From Chromera velia (lineage: Eukaryota): DNA of 49,593 nt. This document shows, piece after piece, positions 40,430 through 49,593 of this stretch (the first letter of the stretch is position 1; each line of letters opens with the position of its first letter). The notes below the pieces were generated by a model. It saw only the letters and a program-made list of their open reading frames with translations. It was not told the DNA's origin and searched no databases. The translations under genes were made by a program, and so were the position numbers. The DNA lies in the NCBI GenBank assembly GCA_018398765.1, contig JAHBMJ010000374.1, forward strand, positions 1-49,593. Reading direction: 5' to 3'.

Positions 40430-41619
40430 CACACACACAAACACGCACACACACACACACACACACCCTTCGTTTCTGCCCTTTCTTTGAAAAAAACTCC
40501 ACTGCACTTGGGGGGAGGCGGGGAAGGCAGAGTTCTGCCTTCCTCACCATCTGCCTTCGCTGAGGTTTTGTTCGACAACTTTGCATCCTTCCTCCCTCAG
40601 AGGCGGACCGTTGTTCGCGTTCACTCTTCTCTAGTGCCACAACCCACCCAAAGCCTTGACAATACAACGTGGCTCCCGTCATTTGTGGATTCCATTTTTC
40701 AGTCACTAAGCAGTGCGTGCAGAAATGATTGATCCATCCATCCACTTCTTGCTCCTCTGCGCCAAAAAAAGTCCAAACACGGAAGGAAGGTTCTCTCTCA
40801 GAGTTTATCAACCCCACAACGAGCGGCGTAGTCCTCCTGGAGGGCGGAAGCCTGTCTGCCTGCCTTACTTACTTACTGACCATTTGAATAATTCTTGAAG
40901 TGTCGTGGGGGGACTGGGTCACGTGAGCCATCTGGTCGGGTGTCGCGAGAGAGCCTACAGAGGAACAGGAAAGGAAAAGGAAGGGAAGGTCGGGATGGGC
41001 GACTGCACTTTTCTCTTCGTGCAGAGACTCTTGTTCTCTTCTCTATTTCCCCTGAATGTCACCCTCACCACCCCCATAACCACATAGAGTCTCTCTGACG
41101 ACTTCATTGGAATGACACCGCATGAGTTGTTAAGGTGACGGACCGTTTCGGTGTCTCGAGAGAAGATTAAATGCAGGAAGAAAAGTGGCGGAGAAAATAA
41201 TTTTGCTTGCATTTTTTCCTTGCAGTCGGGGACACACCTGCAGATGGAAGGGTTCCCACTGCCCCCGGAAAGAAAGGGACACCCTGCACGGGTTGCTGTG
41301 CAGGAACCGGTCCCCCAGAGGGTGCCGCCGCTCCGGCAGGGGGGGGTTGGAAGGCGCTCCCAGGAGGGGCACCAGCATGAACATTTGAGAAGTAGGCATC
41401 CCAAGAGATGTGCACGGAGGAGCGGTCCTTCTTCCACGCCTCGTACATCTTCTCCATGTATGGTCCTGCCTGAGCGGACGCAAAGGTCTCTGCTGCAAGG
41501 GAGAAGCCTGCAGTCTTCTGGTAGAGAGCGAAGGTGCAAGGAAGCGCCCTCTTAGGTATCGAAGAACGGAGCAAGCGGAAAAGGGGCAAAGAGCCCCTCC
41601 CCCTGATTTGGGAGAACAT
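19472..41619 (-). CDS. OGDH: Mitochondrial 2-oxoglutarate dehydrogenase E1 component, ~1059 aa, 40 exons
   Basis: Exons in 5'->3' order: 41619-41238, 40954-40881, 40148-39996, 39828-39721, 39400-39344, 38896-38840, 38355-38233, 37466-37420, 36981-36905, 36207-36178, 35691-35640, 35162-35062, 34833-34774, 33839-33751, 33414-33363, 32925-32881, 32451-32403, 32016-31954, 31254-31161, 30870-30806, 30177-30128, 29480-29418, 28895-28815, 28371-28325, 27608-27536, 27298-27259, 27094-27029, 26370-26319, 25919-25869, 25352-25246, 24813-24745, 24373-24304, 23843-23748, 23248-23181, 22683-22605, 22076-22015, 21734-21647, 21022-20917, 20286-20257, 19575-19472 (3180 nt, in frame). Motifs: [50 protein letters not shown]...NNQVGFTT (ThDP binding), [56 protein letters not shown]. 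Arg/Ser/Leu-rich presequence. Confidence 0.97.
27691..27800 (-). repeat. Two diverged copies of the same short intronic repeat in an OGDH intron
   Basis: The minus strand reads GTTCATCAAGAAAAGGAGGGAGAAGCAGAAGAAACATGTAGTCTG and GTGAAGAAAAAAGGGAGAAGAAGGAACATCTAGTCTG, matching the unit at 12862. Confidence 0.85.
31365..31688. other. Assembly gap (324 N) flanked by poly-C, inside OGDH intron 18
   Basis: Run of N. The flanking exons join as GHNE|LDMP, so no coding exon appears to be missing. Confidence 1.
34248..34773. repeat. (CCAA)n / sense-strand (TTGG)n array, ~525 bp, in OGDH intron 13
   Basis: Directly visible, with CCGA, CCTA and CGAA variants. Begins exactly at the GT donor. Confidence 0.97.
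37940..38200. repeat. Compound (TC)n/(TCTG)n low-complexity tract in an OGDH intron
   Basis: Directly visible; representative of many intronic microsatellites in the window. Confidence 0.9.
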
Positions 41620-42266
41620 CGAGGAAAGAGATCGAGGCCCTTCCAGATAGCCTCAAATCAACCAGGAAAGTGCTTCTCGCCCTCTGTCTCTCACGTGCCG
41701 CACCTCTCAACAACACTTGGAGAGAGTGCCAACAAGAAAATTCACTGTACAGACGGAGTAAGCCGCAAGAATTTCTCTCTTTGGCTCGTTGGATCCATGT
41801 GCGTAAGCGCTCTCAAACCGGCGAAATTTGATCTGGGCAGGGAACTCCGATCAGAGCCTCGAAAGCGACCTCGGAAGCATGCAATGCCCAGATGTACGTA
41901 TCGGTGTGTGTGTAGTCGTTCGCATGCAGTGACGTGGCCCGCAAAACGGCCTTTTGCATCCTTTTGCTTATAGGCATGCCATGGCCCCTGAAGGTCATGC
42001 AGCGCGCGCGTATGCAACGGTATCTGAAAATTTGTGAAAGCGCGCATGTATCTCAGCCATTCTACACGGTCTTCACACGGCCGGTCTTCGGACTCGTCAC
42101 TGGAGGGCTTCAGATCCGCCCGATGCATATTAATATGTGTATATATCAGAGCAACTCAGTGAGCGCCCAACAATGTACAGTGCGTGACTTGACTCTGCTT
42201 TCTTCTTCCTTCTTTTGAGCTCGTCATTGAAGAAAAAAAAGGAGAGCTGTCATCCCGTCAGCCACG
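41620..42266. promoter_or_regulatory. Head-to-head intergenic region, putative bidirectional promoter (OGDH / VTE4)
   Basis: 647 bp between divergent ATGs, with several GCATGC/GCATG motifs at ~41877-42050 and a GCGCGCGCG run. Confidence 0.5.
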
Positions 42267-43685
42267 ATGGTTAGCGGTCGTAGGGTGTCTCTTCTTTTTG
42301 TTTTCTTGTCCGCTATACCGGCATGCTCCAGGGTCCTGAGGGAAGATGCTGAACTCAAAAAAGGGATTGCGCACTTTTATGACAAGTAAGGAATGACAGA
42401 GGAAGTGTGATTTGCGTCGTTCGGATGATTCATTCTGACGACAGACCTTCCCGTCTCCTTTCTTGATTCCATTCCTTGCGCCGCCTATCTGCCTGTGTGC
42501 GTGCAGATCGTCAGCAATATGGGAGGATATATGGGGAGGTGAGTGGGGACTCAGTCGAGTGGGTGGACGGGGCGCATTTTTTTACTTTCGTGTGCTTTGG
42601 TTCCTGTATTGTTGAGCCGTCTCTTGTTGCTGTCTCCCGGCTCTGCCTTTCTGGCGGGTCTCCGTCGTCTCCCATCATTATATGATTAGCTTGGGCACAA
42701 ACTTTCCGTCAAAAGAGAAATTGTCTTGCCCGTGGTGCCTGTCCGTATGGTACATGCTTCGACGAGTTTCTGCCGTCTCCCGTCTCCAGTGTCTTCTGCA
42801 CGCGTCCAATGTTCCCCCCTTTCTGCCGTCTACCCGGTTTCTTCGGAGAGCTCCCGACTGCGCGCTTGTGTGTACTTGCATATGTTACATGCGAGAGACT
42901 ACACGTAGCATCCACAGACGGGATCCATGCAACTGCCAAGTGGACTCACTGACCTCCCCTCCCCTGCTCTTAAATTTTTTCTGCATTCATGCTTCTTTGC
43001 ATGGGCGTATCTCTCCCTTGGCGGACTTCGCTTTCGCTACCGTAGAGCACATGCACCACGGATGGTCAGGCATGCAACCTCACTCTATTCCCTCAGTCCT
43101 TCCAGCTCTTTCTTGTGGCTGGGGGGGTGTCAGTTTGGATCGATCGCGTCTCTCTCTCGAGAAGTCCCATTCAAGCAGAAAGAAGAGAACAAACAAAAAA
43201 AAACAGAAAAGCAGAGGGGGAAAAGAGTTGTCGAATTGAACAGGAGAAAAAGAAACGGGAACAGGATTGAAAGACAAACCGACCGGTGACAGCCTGCCTG
43301 CCTGCCTGCCTGTACAGTTCTACACGGAAGGAAAGAGGGCGGGAGGGAGGGAAGAAAAGTATGAAGACGTCCTCACAACAGTTCTGCCTCTCCGTGCATG
43401 CTGAATCGAATTCTTCAAACAATTCGTTCAGGTACCCCAACGGCACCTGGAGGTCCGACCATCAGCAGGCGCAGGTCCGTCAGCTGGTCGCGGGGCAATT
43501 GAACTTTTTGTGACTGCGCGACTCGATGTTCATTTGTGACCCGATTTTCTTTTCGTATCTAAGCCCTGGGGGTGAGCACAGTTTTCTGTCTTTGTGAAAC
43601 AATAAATCTACTGTCGTGTTTCGAGCGTGAAAAATCACGGGTGAGTCTGCCCCGTCGTTTCTCCCTTTCCTTCTTCCATTTCTCG

Positions 43686-43722
<37 letters not shown>

Positions 43723-46700
43723 CCTGCTGAATTTGCTTCCTTCCTCTCTACCACCCTTCGTTCCCTCACCACGTCCCTCACTAGCTCCCGCCCCCCTGTG
43801 TGTCTTTCAAAAGAGGCGGGCATAATGGCAAAGCATGAACGAATGAATGGAAGCATGCAGGTGGACATGATTGACCGCGTTCTCCTATTTGCGGACCCGG
43901 AGGGAAAATTCTCTGCTCGCACAGCCGTGGATGTCGGATGCGGTGTGGGAGGGTCCTCGCGGCACATCGCGAGGAGGTATGGGGGATCCAAGGTGAAAGG
44001 AATCACCCTCAGCCCCTATCAGTGGTCAGTTTATGTCCCCTTTCCTTCATTCCGTTCGGTTTTCCCTGTTCCCTTCTTCCTTCCGTCCGTCCTTCCTTCC
44101 TTCCTTTCTTTCTTTCTTTCTTTCTTCCTTCCTTGTCTCCCTTTCTTCCTTTCTTTCTATCTTTCTTTCTTTCTTTCTTTTTTTCTGTCTGTCTGTCTGT
44201 CGTCTGTCTGTTTGTTTTTCGCCATTCATCGGTTGCGCTTCTCTTCACACTCTTGTGTCTGCGGAACGCAACTGTTTCCCACTCAAAATTAATCAGTGTG
44301 TTGGTTTTTGGCTTCATCTCTTGATTTTTGGTGCCGCCTTGACACACCATCTGAGAGTCCTCTCTCTGCCATTGATGCTGAACTGCCCAGTCTTTTTCTT
44401 TCCGTTTTTGGACTCTCTCTCAGCAATCTCCTGTTTGTCTTGTCGCGTAGACACCCTCTTTACTTAACATCTCTCTTGGGGTCCCTCCTTTGGCAGTCGC
44501 CATTTCTTTCTCTTTCTGGCCCGTGCTTGTCCCCTATCGATCTACTGAATGTGAACAGCGCAAGCAGCGCTGCTTGCGTGATTCATCACAGACACACATC
44601 GACATGTCAACGGACACCACTTGCCTGCAGCATGCGAGCCCGAGTCCGTACTGAAGAGGCGGGGCTGAGCGACCGGGTGGAGTTCAGAGTTGCAGACGCG
44701 ATGCAAATGCCTTTCCAGTCAGTCTGGTTGTCTCTCTGTGCGTTCGCCACTTCTGGATTGATGCAGGCAGGCGAACGAACAGACACTCACGCAGACCCAA
44801 CAGATAGATAGTCATAGAGAGGGGCGGACCGAAACAAGAAGGGGAAGCACGAGCAGAATGCAAACGCAAAAGAAAGCAAAGGATCTTCTGATTCCTGCGG
44901 TGCCTGTCTGTCTGTCTGGCTGGCTGTGGGGTGCTGTGCCTCTGGCTTGTTGCGGTGGGTCGCCTCGTGCTCTCCCTCGACTTGTAGCCTGCATTTGATG
45001 AGACCCATCATTTTCGTCTAGTTTCCTTTCTTTTGCTTGTTTCCTTCTTTTTTCTTTCTGTTTTGAGGGTCAAATTCGGTCCCGTAGACGCGATCAAGAG
45101 GGTAAGATTACAACATCTGATGAGCCCCCTATGCATGCATGCATGCAGAAGCGATTCGTTCGATCTGGTCTGGTCCCTCGAATCAGGAGAGCATATGCCC
45201 GAAAAGGCCAATTTTGTTCGGGAGTTGACGAGGTCAGAACTTTGATTGCATGGTTGCATTGAGGTATCTAGTCAGTCGATCACATAACATATTTTGGCAT
45301 CTCAGTCTTCCTCTAGATTCTTTCGAATCAATAAGAAAGGCAAAAGACTCAAAACAATTTACTTATTTATCAATCAGTCCGGCCTGTTCTCCTCCACTCC
45401 CCTCCCCGCAACACGTGCTTCTCAAGTTCTCCTCCAAAAATGCCCGGGACGAAGAGAAGAAAAAACAGACGCAGAGGCACGACCATAGCCTTGCAAGGAC
45501 TTATGTTTCCCTGCTTAGTTCCACGCATATGTCTGTGTCTCTCTGTGAAGGAAGGGGGAGAGGGCTGTGCTGTACAAGAATCGGTGGTCAGCTGCTTTGA
45601 GGGGGGGGGGTGGTTGAGGGTATAGGAGTGGTGTGTGTTGCGTATTTCTTTCTCGATCTGTGTGTGTTGATGCATGTGTGCATTCAGGGTGTGTCGGCCA
45701 GGAGGAAAGGTGGTGGTCGTGACTTGGTGTCATCGTGTGTTGAACGAGGCGGCGGGTGAGAAGGAACTTCGGGCAGATGAGAAGAAGCTGCTTGGGGCCA
45801 TCTGTGACGCCTACTACCTTCCTCAGTGGTGTTCTATAGAAGTCAGCCAGTGTATGTGCATCTTCGAGCGATTCGTTTTCTCCCCTCCTGTGAGGACGTG
45901 TGTGGTGTGCCTGTCTCTGTCTGTGGCTCTTCTGCGAGTCAGTGAGACGGAAAGAGCTAGAGATGATGAGAGAGAGAGAGGGAGAGGGAGAGAACGCTGC
46001 AGGTTTTGATGTCGTGCGGCATATGTTTTTGCAGTTTTGTCCTGTTTGATGACGCAACGGCACAAAGTGTGATCTTCCTCCTTTGCTCCCCCCCCCTCTC
46101 TCCTGTGGCAGGACTACCGGAAACTGGCTGAGAAGGCGGGGCTGCAGAATGTACGCACAGACGACTGGACAGAATCCATTCGCCATTTTTGGCCTGCAGT
46201 CATCAAGACAGCGATAAGCCCCAGAGGGCTTTTTGGTTGGTTGGTGCTTCCTTTCTCCTTTCTTTTCTTTCCTGGTCTTTGTCTCTCTTTTCGCTTTTCT
46301 TTGCTCATCTACTACGCTGTCTGTCATGTAGGCCGCTCCCCGGTCCTCTTTTCCTTTCGATTCATGTCCTTTTCTTTCATTTCTTCGTTTCATAATTCCT
46401 TCTCTTCCGTTCTCCCTTTCTTGTTGCTAGCTGTCTTGAATTTTTCGTCGAGCTGCTGGTTGAATCGCCGTCCGTGAGTCACCGACCTAAAGAGACAGCC
46501 AGGAATTTTTCGGCTGTATTCTCTCAGGTGTCTGAATGCTACCGGATGGCTGTCCCTTCGAATTTCATGGGGTGGTAAGGAAGGGAAAGAAAGGAAACGG
46601 AAAGAAAGGGAACGCGTTCTCTTTGTATTTACCGAACGCCAAAGAGAAAAAACTCGTTTGGGAAAATTCAAATAAAAAACAACCTTTGAAAACCCTCATG

Positions 46701-47665
46701 GGAAAAAGAGCGTTGACCGACTTCGTTTCTCATCTCTCTCTGCGCATGCGTTTTCGGTTTCTCACTCTGCTCCTTGCATTCCTGCAGGTCTGCTTGCTTC
46801 GGGCAAAACAACACTGAGGGGGGCAGCGGCCATGTTCCTTATGGTTTGTTGGTCAAATAGTTGATTTGTGTCCATTCGTTTCGGGGAAAGGGAGGAGCGT
46901 TCTGACGAGGCATGCGCGCGCGCGTGTGTGTGTGTGTGGCCGGAGGGGGCGGTGAGAGGATGTACTGCGTCTGTCCATGTGTACATATGTCCATGAGACG
47001 TGGTCGTTCTCTACCTCTCGCATTTGTCCGTGTGTTTTTTGTGTCAGTATTTAAGTGAGCAGATTCAATCCAAAAGAAGATGCATGCATCATCATCATTT
47101 ATGATGGACCTGTGTGTATCGATTCATTCCTTCATTCAGTCATACTGCAAGCGCTTATGCATGCATACATGCCATGGATGTGTGCACGTGTTTGCAGGAG
47201 AGGGGATATCGGAAGGGTCTTATCCGGTTTGCAGCCATGACGGCAGACAAGCCAGGGTCGCGCAGTTTTTCTTCTTCGCCGTCGGGAGGACCGAAGGAAG
47301 TTCTCTCAGTTCCCTTGACGACAGCACTCGCACGGAGCTTTCGTTGGTTGGCTCAGAAAGGCCGGGAGGGGGGCAGTATTGGGTGTGCCTCTGCGTGCGT
47401 CAACAAAACGAAGGCCGAGAAAAAGAGGTGTTGCGGGAATAAAGCAAAGAGGCAGGCGAGTTTTTTGGGTAGGACGGGTTGTCCTTCGTCGTCGTTGCCG
47501 GAGAGGTTTCGTTCTCCTTCTCGTCCCATTTCTTCCCTGAGAGCGAAAGGCTTCGTAGATCGAGAGGAGAAAGAAATTTTGAGAAGAAGGAAAAAGGCTT
47601 TGTGGGGCGGAAACTGGACCCAATTGCGAAGTAGAGGGCAGGGGGGATGGCAAAGAAAGAGATAA
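42267..47665 (+). CDS. VTE4: Gamma-tocopherol methyltransferase-like class I SAM-dependent methyltransferase, ~449 aa
   Basis: Exons 42267-42385, 42507-42538, 43046-43064, 43432-43474, 43861-44024, 44631-44717, 45149-45232, 45688-45841, 46112-46235, 46788-46843, 47198-47665; phases consistent. Motifs: LKKGIAHFYDKSSAIWEDIWGEHMHHG, VDVGCGVGGSSRHIA, GITLSPYQ, FDLVWSLESGEHMP, VTWCHR, ICDAYYLPQWCS, FWPAVI, GYRKGLIRFA. The extent of the 3' end is less certain. Confidence 0.88.
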
Positions 47666-48157
47666 GAAGAGAAGTCATTCATTCATATTTCTTTGAGAGG
47701 ACAGATCAGCGAGCCTCTCCCGATGACGGTGCCGGTCTCGCATCGTCTTCTGTCACTGAGGAGACGAACCAGAAAAGAGTAAAAAGATGGCTGGACAACT
47801 TATCCTGAGTTACATTGCAGCATGAACATGAAAGTGGAAGCGAGAACAAAGGCAGGGAGGCAGGGAGGAAAACTTCCGGGTAGAACGGACGAGTGTGATT
47901 GGTTCTTTGGTTTCCCCCCTTTCTTCCCAAAACCGCAAACAAACGAGCGCATGCATGAACGAAGGCACAAGAAAGAACCGTACACAAACTTATGTCCTTC
48001 GCCTCCGTTCTCCCCCCTGCCCCATCCCACGACTAAATCCATCCACCAAACCAAACCGCGGGTACGAAACACTCACACATACAAGGACGCACAGACGGGC
48101 AGGAGGGCCAGCAGGCACTTATACGGACAGTGATGATTGGACAGACAGACAGACAGA

Positions 48158-48193
<36 letters not shown>

Positions 48194-49430
48194 AAGAAAC
48201 CTAGACAAAGAGCACACCAGCGAGAGAGAGAGAGAGAGAGGCAGGGCGACGCCGGAGGAAGACTTCGGAGAAGAATCAGGCAGGATCAAACAAATGATTT
48301 TCGCATTGTCTGGCAGAGCAGGACATGATGGTGGCATCGGGGGGAAGGAGGGGGGAGAAGGAGAAAACGAAAAGAATCAATTGTTTGACTGCTCAGGTGA
48401 GTGAGGGAACGTTACATGGTATCAGCATGTCTCGACAACCATCCATGCCTTTCACACACTGTAAGAAGTCACTGTTCTCACGTTAGGACACATGAAGCTG
48501 TATCGTGAATTGAAAGAACAAAGAAGCGACTCGGAACAGGTAAAAACTCCAAAACAAGTATTGTATATTTGGAACGTTCGACATGTTTAGACCAACAAGC
48601 TTCGAAAGGACTTGTTTCTGTCATAACCGGTGACGAAAAACTTCGCTTTGTCTATTTTAATCCTACCTTGACTTCTTTGAAGTTTAAACATGTTTTGTCA
48701 CTTTGTCATCATCATCATACGCCATCGTCGTCTGCCTAGACTAGTGGCCCAGCCTTCGAGGCTTCCAACGTTCGGCAAGAGACAAGCTCGGCAGCCCTCC
48801 CCCAAGGGAGAAAGCACACCCAAAAACATGACAAATGACCCCCAGCGGCTCAAAAGGGGCTTGTCCTGAACTATGAGAAAAGGTTGGCTTTAAACGCTGG
48901 TCTGTAGGATTAAAAGATGGACGGGGGGAGCCAAGCTACCCGCCTTCTACTAGTAACCCGTCTCTCTCTTGTTCTCTTTTTCTTTATTCTCTTTGTTTTT
49001 CCCCAACTGGTGTTCGTATACTGGAAAACTCATGCCATCAGAGCCGTCCTGAAGTGCTCCATGGTGTATGTATACGTGTGACTTGCCGTCCTGACCCAGG
49101 TGGAAATTACCATGGAAACCCCCCACTAGAAACCCCCATTGAGTCATGCCCCCAGATTTTTGCCGTCTCCTCCGATTTTCTTCTTCTACACAGCACTGCC
49201 TTTTTAAAAACTGGCTACGGCTATGAGTGCGGCTTGTCTGGTCAACATTGAAGGAAGGGGGAAACCTGGAAGTGTAATGAACTAGAGAGTCCAGTCAAGG
49301 ACAGTCCAGTTAATCTTATGGTTCTCTATACAGGAATAATACTGCACGACTTCTGTCCGGCTTCTGCTCTCATCTATTGAGAGTTGCTTTATCGAATCAC
49401 TCGAAGTATTGCGCGAATCAACTTCACAAC

Positions 49431-49484
49431 ATGGATCAATATATGCATGCTCTCCGTATGGATCAATACATGCATGCTCTCCGT
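49431..49484. repeat. Tandem direct repeat, 2 x 27 bp
   Basis: ATGGATCAATA(T/C)ATGCATGCTCTCCGT occurs twice with one mismatch. Confidence 0.9.
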
Positions 49485-49593
49485 AATGCCTCCAGCCGCG
49501 CTGCCCCGATAAGCAATGCCGCGGCTCGGGACCGGCCGAGTCGGGCCGACCACTGCACGCCCGCCGCCGCCTCTCTATAAGTGGCTGATTACA

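Noticed and set aside
19472..41619. Alternative identity as DHTKD1 (2-oxoadipate dehydrogenase)
   Set aside because: GDVKYHLG and the N-terminal [10 protein letters not shown] segment are OGDH-type features.
49200..49220. Resemblance to the dinoflagellate spliced leader (CCGTAGCCA...AAG, minus strand)
   Set aside because: Only 15 of 21 positions match, the TTTTGGCTC core is lost, and it is not positioned before an identified gene; chance is likely.

Overview
Eukaryotic nuclear DNA, extremely intron-rich and full of microsatellites, with two assembly gaps. Most ORFs in the supplied track are microsatellite or antisense artefacts. Manual, phase-checked splicing gives five complete genes: an orphan Cys4 (zinc-finger-like) protein (-, 3 coding exons), IMPACT/YIH1 (+, 4 exons), a GT23/FUT8-like fucosyltransferase (+, 8 exons), a 40-exon mitochondrial 2-oxoglutarate dehydrogenase E1 (-), and a gamma-tocopherol methyltransferase VTE4 homologue (+, 11 exons). 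OGDH resembles apicomplexan orthologues as I recall them; with VTE4 this suggests a plastid-bearing myzozoan such as a chrompodellid (inference, not verified). The strongest unexplained signal is the splicing code. Of 61 donors, 38 have C at +3 (GTCAGT/GTCGGT/GTCCGT/GTCTGT) and none is GTAAGT. Donors often extend directly into (GTNN)n microsatellites, and many acceptors are TGCAG without a polypyrimidine tract. Also notable: VTE4 has a signal peptide but no obvious transit peptide plus a long basic C-terminal tail, IMPACT has a ~165-aa insertion, and a short repeat with a (TCTG)n tail is dispersed among introns.
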